Notes: generated by a model not told the origin, from the sequence alone. A stretch of DNA of 64,000 nucleotides from Gloeobacterales cyanobacterium (GCA_038245785.1 JBBRSB010000023.1:16512-80511), one strand, 5' to 3'. Counted from the stretch's first letter, positions 48,186 through 59,907 are shown. Numbers and translations are program-made.

Positions 48186-50354
48186 ATGGAACTCGCATAC
48201 CAAGCTGCATGGCTAATTCCAGTGCTTCCCCTGATGGCAGCACTGATTATTGGCTTGGGAATTCTTTGTTTTAAAGATTGGACTGCACAACATCGCCTTT
48301 GGGCGGCTGGGTTGAGTATTGGCACCATTGCTCTTGCCTTTGCCCAGTCAACCCTCATATTTGTCACTTCCTTCTGGGGTGAGCGTGAACCCTTCACCCA
48401 GATGTTTACCTGGGCGCAGGCTGGGAATTTCACCATAGATGTGGGATATACCGTAGATAACCTGGGCGCGCTGATGCTCTTTGTGGTAACAGCGGTGGCC
48501 CTACTCGTCATGGTTTATTCCCACGGATATATGGAGCATGACCCCGGCTATGTCCGGTTTTTTGCTTATTTGAGCCTATTCAGCTCTTCGATGCTGGGCT
48601 TAGTCCTCTCTCCCAATTTGGTCCAGGTTTATATCTTTTGGGAATTGGTAGGCATGTGCTCCTACCTCCTAATTGGTTTCTGGTTCTCTAAAAAAGCAGC
48701 GGCTGATGCTGCCCAGAAAGCATTCGTGACCAACCGAGTCGGCGACTTTGGTCTGCTTCTAGGTATTCTGGGCCTCTTCCTTGTTACGAAAAGTTTTGAT
48801 TTCTCCGTCATTTCAGAGCGCCTAGGGAAGATCTATGCAGTCGCTGGCGGAGCTTCTCCTGAGGGAACTGGCTTGGCGGTAGATGTGGTGAAATTTGTTC
48901 AGACTAACCCACAGCTTTCCCTTGGCTTAGCCACTGTTGTCTGTCTCTTGGCCTTTATGGGACCAATGGCTAAGTCTGCTCAATTCCCCCTGCATGTCTG
49001 GCTGCCTGATGCGATGGAAGGCCCCACGCCCATTTCAGCCTTGATCCATGCTGCAACCATGGTAGCTGCGGGGGTATTCCTCGTCGCGCGTATGTTCTCG
49101 ATTTTTGAAGCCCTGCCTACCGTGATGACCAGCATTGCCTGGATCGGTGGACTTACAGGCGTAGTCGGAGCGACTATAGCCCTGACGCAGATGGACATCA
49201 AGAAAGGTTTGGCCTACTCCACTATTTCCCAACTGGGCTACATGATTATGGCCATGGGATTGGGCGCCTATACCGCAGCTCTATTTCACCTGATGACCCA
49301 TGCCTTCTTTAAGGCCATGCTCTTCTTGGGCTCTGGATCCGTGATCCACTCCATGGAAGGTGTCTTGGGCCATGAGAATGCCAAAGAATCTCAAGATATG
49401 CGCTTGATGGGCGGTCTCAAACAATATATGCCTGTCACCAGCAAAACCTTCCTTATTGGCTGTCTAGCTATTTCTGGGATCTTCCCCTTGAGTGGATTTT
49501 GGTCAAAAGATGCCATCCTAGGCGCTGCTTTTAGCAAAGGCATTCTAGAAGGGTTTGAACCAAGTGCTGCAGCCCTTTGGCTGATTGCTTTAGCCACAGC
49601 CGGGATGACCGCTTTTTATATGTTCCGCATGTACTTCCTGACTTTTGAAGGGGAGTTCAGAGGTCAGAACGCTGAAGTGTTTGCCATGGTCAAAGCCGAA
49701 CTCTCTAGCGCTCAGTCTGATGAGGAAGAAGAGACTGCTCATGCAGAACCAGCTTATGGCCCTGGGGCAATGGAAGTCAGTGAACTTGAGCATGGGCAGC
49801 AGCATCATGACCATCACCATGCACCTCATGAATCCCCGTGGTCAATGACCATGCCCTTAGCGATCTTGGCAGTTCCTTCTATTCTGGCTGGCTTGATCGG
49901 TACCCCTTGGATGGATTGGTTTGGCAAAGCTATTCATGCTCCTGGCCTAGAAAAAGCCCATGAGTTTATTCCCTTTGAATTTGCTGTAGTGGCTGGTTCG
50001 TCTACCGTGGTTTCTCTGGCAGGAATTGCCCTAGCCTACTACTTCTATATCCTCAAACCAGCGCTCCCTGGTCGGATTGCTAAGTCCATCCCAGACCTTT
50101 ATCAATTTTCTAAGAAGAAGTGGTACATGGATGACCTCTATGAGTGGCTCTTTGTACGAGGTTCGCGGGCACTGGCTCAAACCGCGCTTACCACCGATAA
50201 GAAAGTCATCGATGGAGCGGTCAATCTATCAGGATTTGGGGCTATCCTTGCGGGTGAAGGGCTGAAATATTTTGAATCGGGCCGTGCCCAGTTCTACGTA
50301 TTGGTCCTCTTCGGAGCGATTATTCCTTTGGTTCTGCTTTTTGGTCTTCTGTGA
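48186..50354 (+). CDS. ndhF: NDH-1 subunit 5 (NdhF1 type)
   Basis: YSHGYMEHDPGYVRFF, WELVGMCSYLLIGFW, AKSAQFPLHVWLPDAMEGPTPISALIHAATMVAAG, HAPHESP. Confidence 0.96.
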   Translation: MELAYQAAWLIPVLPLMAALIIGLGILCFKDWTAQHRLWAAGLSIGTIALAFAQSTLIFVTSFWGEREPFTQMFTWAQAGNFTIDVGYTVDNLGALMLFVVTAVALLVMVYSHGYMEHDPGYVRFFAYLSLFSSSMLGLVLSPNLVQVYIFWELVGMCSYLLIGFWFSKKAAADAAQKAFVTNRVGDFGLLLGILGLFLVTKSFDFSVISERLGKIYAVAGGASPEGTGLAVDVVKFVQTNPQLSLGLATVVCLLAFMGPMAKSAQFPLHVWLPDAMEGPTPISALIHAATMVAAGVFLVARMFSIFEALPTVMTSIAWIGGLTGVVGATIALTQMDIKKGLAYSTISQLGYMIMAMGLGAYTAALFHLMTHAFFKAMLFLGSGSVIHSMEGVLGHENAKESQDMRLMGGLKQYMPVTSKTFLIGCLAISGIFPLSGFWSKDAILGAAFSKGILEGFEPSAAALWLIALATAGMTAFYMFRMYFLTFEGEFRGQNAEVFAMVKAELSSAQSDEEEETAHAEPAYGPGAMEVSELEHGQQHHDHHHAPHESPWSMTMPLAILAVPSILAGLIGTPWMDWFGKAIHAPGLEKAHEFIPFEFAVVAGSSTVVSLAGIALAYYFYILKPALPGRIAKSIPDLYQFSKKKWYMDDLYEWLFVRGSRALAQTALTTDKKVIDGAVNLSGFGAILAGEGLKYFESGRAQFYVLVLFGAIIPLVLLFGLL

Positions 50355-50383
50355 GTATCTATGCCTAAAAAGAGGCGTGCACT

Positions 50384-51979
50384 ATGTTTCCTTGGTTAAC
50401 TGTCATTATTCTCGTGCCAATTCTAGGTGCCTTGGTTGTTCCTTTTTTACCTGAGAAGGACGGAGGTAAAACGATCAAGTGGTTCTCCCTAATTGTTGGG
50501 ATTATCGATTTCATCCTGATTGTGGCAGCCTTCGTCACCAGCTATGACTACACCTCTAGCTCCATGCAGCTGGTGGAGCGTTACCCCTGGTTCACTCCTA
50601 TTGGCCTTGAATGGTCTGTTGGTGTTGATGGCTTGTCGATGCCTTTGGTGCTCTTGACAGGCTTTATTACCACGCTGGCCATTGCTGCTTCCTGGCCCGT
50701 AACCCTGCGCCCTCGCTTCTTTTTCTTCCTGCTCTTGGTTATGTACGGCGGGATGATTGGCGTTTTCGCCGTCCAGGATATGCTGTTGTTCTTCCTTTTC
50801 TGGGAACTGGAGCTGATTCCGGTCTATTTGCTCTTGGCTATTTGGGGTGGCTACGGACGGATGTATGCCGCAACTAAGTTCATTCTCTATACGGCGATTG
50901 GCTCAGTCTTCATCCTGGTCGTGGGCGTAGCGCTTTACCTGGAAGCAGGCTCTCTGAACATGGTGGAAATTGCCCAAGCTAGCAGCAAGTTTAGTTTTAA
51001 TTTCCAACTGCTGTGTTTTGGCGGTCTTTTGATTGCCTATGCCGTGAAGCTGCCAATTTTTCCGATGCACACTTGGCTTCCTGATGCGCATGGAGAGGCT
51101 ACGGCACCTGTACACATGCTCCTGGCTGGGATTCTGCTGAAGATGGGCGGCTATGCTCTGATGCGGATGAACGTGGGCTTCTTCCCAGAAGCAACGGAAT
51201 GGTTTGCACCCATTCTGATCGGGCTTGGCGTCGTTAACATTATCTATGCAGCCTTAACCAGTTTTGCCCAGCGCAATTTAAAACGGAAAATTGCCTATTC
51301 TTCTATCTCCCATATGGGCTTTGTCCTGATTGGAATTGGTTCGCTTACGGAAGTTGGTATGAATGGAGCCATGCTCCAGATGATCTCCCACGGTCTGATT
51401 GGTGCCTCTCTGTTCTTCTTAGTAGGAGCAACCTATGACCGTACCCACACCCTCCAACTACCCGAGATGGGCGGTATTGCCACTCGCATGCCCAAAATCT
51501 TTGCGATGTTCACCACCTGTTCTATGGCTTCCTTAGCTCTGCCGGGAATGAGTGGGTTTGTGGCAGAACTAATGGTCTTTGTCGGTATGTCTACCAGCAC
51601 GGCGTACACCTTTGAGTTCAAAGCGCTGGTAGTGGTTTTAGCAGCAATTGGAGTGATTCTCACCCCGATTTATCTGTTAAGCATGCTCCGGGAGATCTTC
51701 TACGGCAAACTCAATCACGAAGTTATTCATGAAGATGAGTTGATTGATGCAGAACCCCGCGAGGTCTTCATCATTGCCTGTCTGTTAATCCCGATCATCG
51801 GGATTGGGGTCTATCCTAAGCTCACCACCGATATCTTCGATAAGACCACAACCGCTTTAACTCAAGCGACGGTGCAGCGAATTCAAACTGCCCAAAATCC
51901 ACTCGGTGTCTTATCTAAGGTCTACGATCCTTCTTACAAAACTAAGGCAGTGGCAGAGCGCGTTCCAGTAGAAAAGTAA
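50384..51979 (+). CDS. ndhD: NDH-1 subunit 4 (NdhD1 type)
   Basis: [57 protein letters not shown]. Confidence 0.96.
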   Translation: MFPWLTVIILVPILGALVVPFLPEKDGGKTIKWFSLIVGIIDFILIVAAFVTSYDYTSSSMQLVERYPWFTPIGLEWSVGVDGLSMPLVLLTGFITTLAIAASWPVTLRPRFFFFLLLVMYGGMIGVFAVQDMLLFFLFWELELIPVYLLLAIWGGYGRMYAATKFILYTAIGSVFILVVGVALYLEAGSLNMVEIAQASSKFSFNFQLLCFGGLLIAYAVKLPIFPMHTWLPDAHGEATAPVHMLLAGILLKMGGYALMRMNVGFFPEATEWFAPILIGLGVVNIIYAALTSFAQRNLKRKIAYSSISHMGFVLIGIGSLTEVGMNGAMLQMISHGLIGASLFFLVGATYDRTHTLQLPEMGGIATRMPKIFAMFTTCSMASLALPGMSGFVAELMVFVGMSTSTAYTFEFKALVVVLAAIGVILTPIYLLSMLREIFYGKLNHEVIHEDELIDAEPREVFIIACLLIPIIGIGVYPKLTTDIFDKTTTALTQATVQRIQTAQNPLGVLSKVYDPSYKTKAVAERVPVEK

Positions 51980-52015
51980 ATAAGTAATGGTTAGCTAAGA
52001 CTTGTTTGATATACG

Positions 52016-52053
52016 AAAAGCAGCATGGTAAACAATCCATCATGCTGCTTTTT
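52016..52053. terminator. Bidirectional rho-independent terminator after ndhD
   Basis: aaaagcagcatg...catgctgcttttt inverted repeat with A and T tails. Confidence 0.8.
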
Positions 52054-52080
52054 GATAGCTTATGAATTGAATTGGCAAAA

Positions 52081-52236
52081 GGCCCAAAAGATGACATGAT
52101 TCTTAAACTAGCAGTTGCGGACATTTGTAATTTCATTGTGACGTTCAATCAACGGGATTTTCAGGGTGTAGAAAAGTTTGGCCTGCAGGTCGTGACACCA
52201 AAGGAATTTTTGGAGATCATTGGAGAACTACAATGA
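52081..52236 (+). pseudogene. 5'-truncated PIN-domain toxin remnant
   Basis: Frame reads GPKDDMILKLAVADICNFIVTFNQRDFQGVEKFGLQVVTPKEFLEIIGELQ*, the C-terminal half of putative TA-system PIN proteins; in-frame TGA at 52063 upstream; stop overlaps the next ATG. Confidence 0.7.
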
Positions 52237-52469
52237 GCACTATCAGCCTAAGATTACCTGACTATTTGCCTGAAACCGTGCGTAAACTAGCAGAAAAAGA
52301 GAATATTTCTATCAATCAATTGATCACCTTGGCTTTAGCTGAAAAGATCTCAGCCCTTATGACTGAAGAATATCTGGAGGGCCGAGCAAAACGTGGAGAT
52401 CGGAATAAATTTGAACAAGCTATGTCTAAAGTTGCTGATGTAGAGCCAGAACAACAAGACAAACTTTAA
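52233..52469 (+). CDS. RHH-type (CopG/HicB-like) antitoxin
   Basis: MSTISLRLPDYL...LAEKENISINQLITLALAEK. Confidence 0.8.
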   Translation: MSTISLRLPDYLPETVRKLAEKENISINQLITLALAEKISALMTEEYLEGRAKRGDRNKFEQAMSKVADVEPEQQDKL

Positions 52470-52471
52470 AG

Positions 52472-53209
52472 ATGCTTGATCCGGCCTTATGTGACCGCCC
52501 TACTGGCGCTTGGACTTTGTTCAATTGGGGATTTTTCGATTGGTTGATTACTCCTCCACTCGTTGTGCTTGCTATTCTTGCTATTCTTGCCCTGACTTGG
52601 CTGATACCCGCTCTTCCTTGGAAACGCTCTATCCGCTGGATAGGGTCTATCTTCTTATTGCTCTATCTCATCCTGCTGGCACCGCCGACCGTTGCCCTAG
52701 CCAACCGCTTTCTAATAAGCCAATTGCCCACAGACTCGGGTGAATCGGCAGAGGCGATTGTGGTACTAGGTCGCGGAAAAGACCTCCGCCAATCTCGTGC
52801 CGAAGTTACAGCCCAACTTTGGAAAACAGGCCGGTCCCCTAAAGTTTTTGTGAGTGGGAGAGATGATTCTCCGATAATTATTCGACTGCTCAAGATGAAC
52901 GGGATTCCCCAGCAAGCCTTAGACAACGAAAACTGCTCGCAAACAACGGAAGAAAACGCTCGTTTCACCGCAACTTTATTAAAACCCAAAGGAGTGCGTC
53001 GGATTCTATTAGTCACAGACCCAGCACATATGCTCAGAGCGCTCTTAACCTTTGAGCATATGGGCTTTTCTATCATTCCCTACCCCAGTCCCCTACCCCC
53101 TGAATATACAGCTCCAGCAGAAGCGGTTCTTCTGATTAGAGAGTACGTGAGTTTGCTCAGCTACCGTTTGTCAGGGCGACTTTCGGAGCAGAAAAATGAA
53201 AAAAAGTAG
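52472..53209 (+). CDS. YdcF/ElyC (DUF218) family protein
   Basis: AIVVLGRG, FVSG, E.CSQTTEENA, LLVTDPAHM.RA. Confidence 0.85.
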   Translation: MLDPALCDRPTGAWTLFNWGFFDWLITPPLVVLAILAILALTWLIPALPWKRSIRWIGSIFLLLYLILLAPPTVALANRFLISQLPTDSGESAEAIVVLGRGKDLRQSRAEVTAQLWKTGRSPKVFVSGRDDSPIIIRLLKMNGIPQQALDNENCSQTTEENARFTATLLKPKGVRRILLVTDPAHMLRALLTFEHMGFSIIPYPSPLPPEYTAPAEAVLLIREYVSLLSYRLSGRLSEQKNEKK

Positions 53210-53273
53210 TACGCCAATCGATACAGATTATCGGTTCACAAAAATAGATCAATATTTCTATTCTGTTTTAGCC

Positions 53274-54104
53274 CTAAGGATCGACGATACTAAGAACAGC
53301 CTTGACTCTCCGTGTAAATTCAGCTTTGCTAAACTCGTCATCCAGTGCCGCAGCGAGGCGATCAATAACCTGTAAAACTCTTTGTTCTGGATCAATCACG
53401 TTGGCAGTTTCTTCCACTGCTTGACGGACAACTACTCTAGCGAATGGTTCGTTGTAGCGCAAATAGTACCAGAATCTAATTCGAGATGGTAGCTGGCGAA
53501 TAATTGTGATAGCATTTGGCCCTATATATTGAGCAAGAAGTAAGGTAATAAGTTCAAAAATCTGTTCATCAAATTTGAGCACTAAAGACACAGGTAGTGC
53601 AAACACAAACAGCTTCACTAATCTTGTTTCCAGCAAGCTTTTATAGATGTTTTCCCGAGCCATACTATCAATGACAACGCCAGGGCGCTGAGGAACATAG
53701 TTCCAAAGATCTGGGGCAGCGATGTCCTCCAGTTGAGGAGGAGCAGCCTGCCTGCTTGGGGCATTTCCTGGCCCTTTACCCAAAAATGCGATGATTAAAT
53801 CCACTATCATTTGATCGAAGGGCAAACCTAGGTAATACCCAAAAAAATAAGGCACGTCATCACGATCATAATCATCATGGCCATCGTTGTAAGCCCAACC
53901 AAAAATTGTCTGGCATGGCTCAAGTTGCAATATATAGACAGCGCGCCAATCCCTTGGCGGAGGTGCATGGTCTTCCCAATGCATTTCTACAATCTGCTTA
54001 CGAAATATTTGCGCAACATTCACTGGGACAGACGGACTAGGTATGCATTGGAATCCGGAGCCGATAAAGTTGGTGAAGAAAATCTGACCCAAAAGAACTG
54101 TCAT
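53274..54104 (-). CDS. Hypothetical protein, paralog of 55563-56327
   Basis: MTVLLGQIFFTNFIGSGFQ...FGWAYNDGHDDYDRDDVPYFFGYYLG; start set by alignment with the paralog. Confidence 0.75.
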   Translation of the reverse strand: MTVLLGQIFFTNFIGSGFQCIPSPSVPVNVAQIFRKQIVEMHWEDHAPPPRDWRAVYILQLEPCQTIFGWAYNDGHDDYDRDDVPYFFGYYLGLPFDQMIVDLIIAFLGKGPGNAPSRQAAPPQLEDIAAPDLWNYVPQRPGVVIDSMARENIYKSLLETRLVKLFVFALPVSLVLKFDEQIFELITLLLAQYIGPNAITIIRQLPSRIRFWYYLRYNEPFARVVVRQAVEETANVIDPEQRVLQVIDRLAAALDDEFSKAEFTRRVKAVLSIVDP

Positions 54105-54254
54105 TTCAGACTCTAAAATACTCAATCTAATTAAAATTTGAGCAGCACTTAATATCACTTTCAGTTAGCTTATAAATCTAAAAGCATGTAGGCATGACAG
54201 ATAACTCCTACTAATAGTTAACTGTTTAGCCAATACTATAGAAGCCGCTTCATG

Positions 54255-55208
54255 TCATATTGAAGATTCTTGCTTTTTTAGGAGATTCTTGCCATTTTCT
54301 CTAAGGACTGTTCTAGGTGTTACGCCTAGGAGACGTTTGAAATGATAGGTAAGATGACTCTGGTCAGCAAAGCCAACCATAAGAGCAATATCCACAATGC
54401 TGCTCTTCCCTTCCAACAAAAATTTCTTAGCTCGTGCTACCCGACGTTGAATAACATACTGATGAGGAGTTAAGCCTATTGACTGTTTGAATAAACGAGC
54501 AAAGTAGTATTGACTCATGCCTACTTCCCCCGCTAGTTCCGCCAAGGACAAGTTTTCTGTCATGTGATTATCAATATAGTCAATCAGTCGCTGTAGTTTA
54601 TATTGAGATAGACCATTAATATATTCTTTTAAGATAGGTTTGCTGGCTGAATATTGATGCAATAGGTGGACAGACAGTGTAGTCGTTAGAGCATCAATAT
54701 AGAGACGACCCCCTAGTCCATTTGATTCAATTTCTCTCTTAAACGCTAACCCAATACCATAAATTAGAGGATCAAAGTTTTCCTGAATGCGAGGAATGAT
54801 TTCAACGTAGTCTGGATCAAGTGACTCATAGGCTATTGGGTTAACCAGCGAAGGTTCAAGACTGAGAACAATGAATTCAGTTTCGGTGAAGGTGTGTGCT
54901 GTATGCTCAACACTTTCAGGAACAATAAAACTACTCCCTGTATTGATTTTCCCCTCCCAAGAGCATCCATCGAGAGAGCGCTCCAGGTTGGCTGGATGCG
55001 GTGCAGACTGAATGGTGATAACATGCTGCACAAAACAATGAGGGGAGGTCTGAAAAGGCGGTTGGTGATGATACTCAAAATGAATATCGTTCCATTTCAT
55101 ATCAGAACTAGACAAGGTTGGAAGCCTTGGAGTAATTAGTGAAATATCATTTTCTCTCGGGGCAAGGATTAAGAATTTCTCTCCCGACTGCTTTTTCTGA
55201 TTACTCAT
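54255..55208 (-). CDS. AraC-family transcriptional regulator
   Basis: LSLAELAGEVGMSQYYFARLFKQSIGLTPHQY...SIVDIALMVGFADQSHLTYHFKR. Confidence 0.93.
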   Translation of the reverse strand: MSNQKKQSGEKFLILAPRENDISLITPRLPTLSSSDMKWNDIHFEYHHQPPFQTSPHCFVQHVITIQSAPHPANLERSLDGCSWEGKINTGSSFIVPESVEHTAHTFTETEFIVLSLEPSLVNPIAYESLDPDYVEIIPRIQENFDPLIYGIGLAFKREIESNGLGGRLYIDALTTTLSVHLLHQYSASKPILKEYINGLSQYKLQRLIDYIDNHMTENLSLAELAGEVGMSQYYFARLFKQSIGLTPHQYVIQRRVARAKKFLLEGKSSIVDIALMVGFADQSHLTYHFKRLLGVTPRTVLRENGKNLLKKQESSI

Positions 55209-55562
55209 CTTCTTAATGTACTGCAATAAAGATTACAGGGCCTTTCATTAACTTGCCTTTAGCTCATGTAGATTTCATAAAATGCTTCTTTTATAAGAGA
55301 AGTATTAAACATGACTACAATGCAAGAATAATGTTTCTTAGGGTCCCTAAGAGCAGTTATTAAAACGTTTTATCCAATTGAAGTCCTGTGTAAAATGTGT
55401 TCCTAGTCTTTATAAACTATCTGCAAAAACTCAACAACTACATAGTCTCTTAACCATGAGCATTTAGCCACAATGTCCAGTGTTTAAATACTGAGTTTTA
55501 CGGAAATATAAACTAGCTTTTTGCTGCTTTCAGATCAGGCGAATATTCTTGTGTATTGCTGT

Positions 55563-56327
55563 TTATCCTTGAGGACCAACGATACCAAGAACAGCCTTGA
55601 CCCTCCGTGTAAACTCAGCTTTACTGATCTCGTCATCCAGAGCCGCAGCGAGGCGATCGACAACCTGTAAAACTCTCTGCTTGGGCTCTAATAAACTGGC
55701 AGTCCCACTCACGACCTGTTGGACCGTAGTTTTAGCTTGGCGACCAAGGTACGGAGCAAGCAGGAGAGCAAGCAGGTCACATATTTGCTCATCGAAATCG
55801 AGCACTATAGGTTCAGGTGTAGGGACCATAAACAGTTCTACGGAGCTTCTTTGGTCTAGACTCCGATAGATATTTTCCCGAATCGTATTATCGATGAGTA
55901 CTCCAGGACGCAGAGGGACATAGCTCCAAAGCTCTGGAGCAACGATGTCCTCAAGCTTTGGAGGAAAGGACTGCCTACTTGGCGTAGGACCTGGTCCCTT
56001 GCCCAAAAATACGAGTATCAAATCCATAGTCACCTGATTGAGAGGCACACCCAGGTAGTATCCAAAAAAATAGGGTACGTGATCACGACCGTATTCATCA
56101 CGACCATCGTGATAAGCCCAGCCAAAAGTTGTCTGGGAAGGATTAAACTGCATCAAATAGGCAGCTCGCCAGCCCTTAGGAGGGGGTGAACTGTAGTCCC
56201 AGTGCGCTTCTACAACCCGTTGCCGAAATAGTTCCTCAACATTCGTTGGGACAGACGGACTAGCCACGGATTGGAACCCCGAGCTTACAAAACTAGTGAA
56301 GAGAATCTGCCCTAAAATAACTGTCAT
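55563..56327 (-). CDS. Hypothetical protein, paralog of 53274-54104
   Basis: MTVILGQILFTSFVSSGFQSVASP...FGWAYHDGRDEYGRDHVPYFFGYYLG...DRLAAALDDE.SKAEFTRRVKAVL. Confidence 0.75.
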   Translation of the reverse strand: MTVILGQILFTSFVSSGFQSVASPSVPTNVEELFRQRVVEAHWDYSSPPPKGWRAAYLMQFNPSQTTFGWAYHDGRDEYGRDHVPYFFGYYLGVPLNQVTMDLILVFLGKGPGPTPSRQSFPPKLEDIVAPELWSYVPLRPGVLIDNTIRENIYRSLDQRSSVELFMVPTPEPIVLDFDEQICDLLALLLAPYLGRQAKTTVQQVVSGTASLLEPKQRVLQVVDRLAAALDDEISKAEFTRRVKAVLGIVGPQG

Positions 56328-56497
56328 TTCAGTCTCTAACCTACTCAGTCAGTAACAGCTAATATTTCCATTTAACCCTGAGTGGCATATCACAGTTGCT
56401 CTCAGTAAACTTATCAACCCAAGTAATCTAGATCCATCAAACTGGCTTTGTATTATAACTTCAAATATTCTTTACCTAGCCCTATATTCTTGCGGGA

Positions 56498-56908
56498 TCA
56501 GCGCGGACTCCAGAAGTCAAGTCCTTTGAACTGTTCAAAGTCCTGATGATTGAGCGTCCATAGAGGGCACTGATAGCGCTGGGCTATCAAAACGGCTGTG
56601 GCATCTTCCAGACTTCCATGCCAGCCAGGCAAGACCCGAATCATCTCATGTAACTCTTGAAAATCTAATTGACTGAGTGCAACAGATTGCATACTCTCCC
56701 GGATCACATCTAGGGTCTTTTGAGCAGGCGCTGCTCCCACTCTTTTTAGTAGCCACTTATACACTTCAAAAAGGATAGGAATAGGAATAAGCAAAGTCGT
56801 ATTTGATTGATTTAGCTGCTTAAATCCTGAAAGACACACAGCGTGATGGGTATCACTGTTGTAGAAAAGAGCAATCAAAGGGCCTGTATCTAGAACTAAT
56901 TGGCTCAA
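56498..56908 (-). CDS. PIN-domain (VapC-like) toxin
   Basis: LVLDTGPLIAL, ILFEVY, SLEDA, LWTLN..DF. Confidence 0.85.
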   Translation of the reverse strand: MSQLVLDTGPLIALFYNSDTHHAVCLSGFKQLNQSNTTLLIPIPILFEVYKWLLKRVGAAPAQKTLDVIRESMQSVALSQLDFQELHEMIRVLPGWHGSLEDATAVLIAQRYQCPLWTLNHQDFEQFKGLDFWSPR

Positions 56909-57117
56909 TCCTGATAATCCTCAGCCTGCTCGGATGCATTGTGGGGGGCTTCCTGAACAATACCTGCCAAAGCCAAGAGCTTAGAGACATCCTTGGTCGC
57001 AAACCTAACTTCTAGTGCTTGCTGGACAATATTGGATAGGGTCTCATTGGGGTGCTCGTTCAAGTATTGGTTAACTTGCACCTCTAGCTCATCTGATAGA
57101 TATACGGTTCGTTTCAT
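56905..57117 (-). CDS. Putative antitoxin (RHH-like) coupled to the PIN toxin
   Basis: MKRTVYLSDELE...LSNIVQQAL; 4-nt overlap with the toxin gene. Confidence 0.75.
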   Translation of the reverse strand: MKRTVYLSDELEVQVNQYLNEHPNETLSNIVQQALEVRFATKDVSKLLALAGIVQEAPHNASEQAEDYQD

Positions 57118-57372
57118 AGGCTGTAGGTAATTGAATGGCAGAGATTTTTCCTATTTTACACCCGCTTGTTTTTCGGGCGGCGCACCTTTGTGCATAGGAA
57201 AACTATCCCCTCTTACTTTACAGGTCATTGCTTTAATCTAGGTTATGTTAAGAAAAATTTCGTAATATGTAACCAAGATTTGATCCCCAACATGAGTCAA
57301 ATCTCCTGCAGGGGAAAGGTTCAGGCAGAACAGCTCTAGCTAGGGATCGCATACATTGCAGTTAGTTTTCAA

Positions 57373-59907
57373 TCATTGCTTTCCTTTTGGGCGACGCAAT
57401 CCAACTGCAATCTGTGAATGTTGCTCTACCTGATGCATGACTTCTTTTGCTCGTTGGATAACAACGGGGGGTAACCCAGCCAGACGCCCCACTTCAATGC
57501 CATAGGAACGGTCTGCCCCACCCGCTTCTACCCGATGGAGAAAAACGACTTCTTCTTCTAATTCTTTGACGACAACATGATAGTTCGCAACATTTTCCAG
57601 CGTATGCGCTAGTTCATTCAGCTCATGATAGTGGGTAGCAAAAATAGTTCTAGAGCCAATCTGAGCCGCCAGATATTCTGCTACAGCCCAAGCGATAGAA
57701 AGGCCATCAAATGTAGCCGTGCCTCGCCCAATTTCATCAAGGAGGACGAGAGACTTAGGAGTCGCATGATTGAGAATATTAGCCGTTTCTGTCATTTCCA
57801 CCATGAACGTAGACTGACCCATCGCTAGGTCATCTACAGCTCCAACCCGCGTGAAAATGCGGTCCGTAATACCTAAGTAAGCTTCATTGGCAGGCACAAA
57901 ACTCCCTATTTGCGCTATTAGCTGAATCAATCCCACCTGACGTAAATACGAAGACTTCCCAGACATGTTTGGTCCGGTGAGGACAATCAAATCTGGGTCA
58001 AAATCTGTGCTGCTCAATTGCGTATCGTTGGGAACGAAAAAGCCTTCAGGTAGACGCTGCTCGATTACAGGATGGCGTCCCTGTTCAATTTCTATCCGGC
58101 GGTCCAGCGCTATCTTTGGGCGCGTATACTTTCGGTATACTGCAACTTCGGCCAAACTAGCTAAAGCATCTAATCGAGCTAAGTACAGGGCAACCTGACG
58201 AATAGCAGTTACATGATTGGCAACCAGTTTGCGCAACTCTAGAAAAAGTTCATACTCCAGGCGCTCCCGTTGTTCTCGGGCATTCAGAATACGCGATTCC
58301 TTTTCTTTTAGTTCCGGAGTGATGTAGCGTTCTTCATTGACCAGGGTTTGTTTGCGGATGTAGTCCTGTGGGACTTGATTGGATTTGCTGCGACTGACCG
58401 AAAGATAGTAGCCAAAGGTTTTATTGAAGCTCACCTTTAGAGTGGAAACACCAGTCCGTTGGCGTTCTGTAGTCTCCAGCGTGGCGATCCATTGACGGTC
58501 CGCTTCCACTTGCTTATTCAGTTGGTCTAACGGTTCGTGGACGCCAGGACGGATTAATCCTCCTTCTGTGAGGGTAAGCGGAGGAGCCTCTACTAGGGTC
58601 CGTAAAATTTTTTGAGCCAACGTTTGTAGTTCAGGAGAAACTTCTTGCAGCAGAGTTAAGTAGGGAGACTTTGCCTTAGCAACTACAGCAGCGATATCTG
58701 GCAGCTTCGCTAAGGACTCGCCCAAGGCTACAAGGTCCCTGGCATTAGCCGTACCCGACCCTGCACGACTAGACAGTCTTTCCATATCGTAGACTCCTTC
58801 CAAAGTCCGCTGAATTTCTTGGCGAAGAAAACCCTCGTGAACCAATTCTTCAACTGAGTCCAAACGTTCCTCAATCGCTGAAACAGACAGTAAAGGCTGC
58901 ATCAGCCAACTACGCAATGCCCGTCCGCCCATACTGGTTTTTGTCCGGTCGAGTGCCCATAAGAGCGATCCGTTATAGCTCCCATCGCGCACGGTTTGGG
59001 TCAGTTCCAAGTTGCGCCGAGTTTGGGCATCCAAGAGCAAATATTGACTAAGCGTATAGGTCTGTATGCCTTGTAGTGGAACGGCCATACCCACATCTTC
59101 TAGATACTCCAACAAGCCTCCGGCCGCCCGGATCGCTAAGGGAAGCTGGGTACAGCCAAATCCTTCTAAAGACCGAACTTTAAATGTTCGCAGAATACGT
59201 TCTTTCGCTTCATCCAGAAGAAAACCCCGTTGAGAACGAAGGGTATAGCAGAACTGTCCAGGTAAATATTCTGGGAGATGTTCAGAACGTTCACCGGGCC
59301 GCAGCAGCTTAAGCGGATCTGGAGTATCCGTAGGCAACAAAATTTCCGAGGGATTGAGACGGTAGACTTCCTGAACGAGCGCCTCCAACCCTTCCACCTG
59401 CATCACTCTAAATTCACCCGTCGAGATGTCGGCGTAGGCCAATCCCCAATGTTCTCCAGCCTGTCCTGCCTGAACGAGCGCAATCAAATAGTTGTTTTGA
59501 CGAGCCGCGAGCAAACCTTCTTCCAGGAGAGTCCCAGGAGTAATCACCCGTGTTACTTCCCGACGCACCAATCCCTTGGCTTGGTCTGCCGCTTCCATTT
59601 GGTCACAAATAGCCAATGCATAGCCTTTTTCCACCAGTTGGGCAGCGTAGCGCTCTAGGGCATGGTAAGGGATTCCAGCCATAGGAACCCGGCCCAATTT
59701 TTCACCAGCATGACGCCCTGTGAGCACAAGCTCTAGTTCGCGAGATAGGGTTACAGCGTCTTCAAGGAAGGCTTCGTAAAAATCGCCCATCCGATAGAGC
59801 AGGAGGCAGTGGGCGTATTTGGATTTGATCTCGAGATACTGCCGCATCATCGGCGTCGTATCTTCTAGCTGGATGTCACCAAAGTCGAGAGAGGTCTGTT
59901 CACTCAT
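57373..59907 (-). CDS. mutS: DNA mismatch repair protein MutS
   Basis: [58 protein letters not shown]. Confidence 0.97.
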   Translation of the reverse strand: MSEQTSLDFGDIQLEDTTPMMRQYLEIKSKYAHCLLLYRMGDFYEAFLEDAVTLSRELELVLTGRHAGEKLGRVPMAGIPYHALERYAAQLVEKGYALAICDQMEAADQAKGLVRREVTRVITPGTLLEEGLLAARQNNYLIALVQAGQAGEHWGLAYADISTGEFRVMQVEGLEALVQEVYRLNPSEILLPTDTPDPLKLLRPGERSEHLPEYLPGQFCYTLRSQRGFLLDEAKERILRTFKVRSLEGFGCTQLPLAIRAAGGLLEYLEDVGMAVPLQGIQTYTLSQYLLLDAQTRRNLELTQTVRDGSYNGSLLWALDRTKTSMGGRALRSWLMQPLLSVSAIEERLDSVEELVHEGFLRQEIQRTLEGVYDMERLSSRAGSGTANARDLVALGESLAKLPDIAAVVAKAKSPYLTLLQEVSPELQTLAQKILRTLVEAPPLTLTEGGLIRPGVHEPLDQLNKQVEADRQWIATLETTERQRTGVSTLKVSFNKTFGYYLSVSRSKSNQVPQDYIRKQTLVNEERYITPELKEKESRILNAREQRERLEYELFLELRKLVANHVTAIRQVALYLARLDALASLAEVAVYRKYTRPKIALDRRIEIEQGRHPVIEQRLPEGFFVPNDTQLSSTDFDPDLIVLTGPNMSGKSSYLRQVGLIQLIAQIGSFVPANEAYLGITDRIFTRVGAVDDLAMGQSTFMVEMTETANILNHATPKSLVLLDEIGRGTATFDGLSIAWAVAEYLAAQIGSRTIFATHYHELNELAHTLENVANYHVVVKELEEEVVFLHRVEAGGADRSYGIEVGRLAGLPPVVIQRAKEVMHQVEQHSQIAVGLRRPKGKQ

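Noticed and set aside
49790-49830. His-rich stretch in NdhF
   Set aside because: Common variable loop feature of NdhF/NuoL proteins
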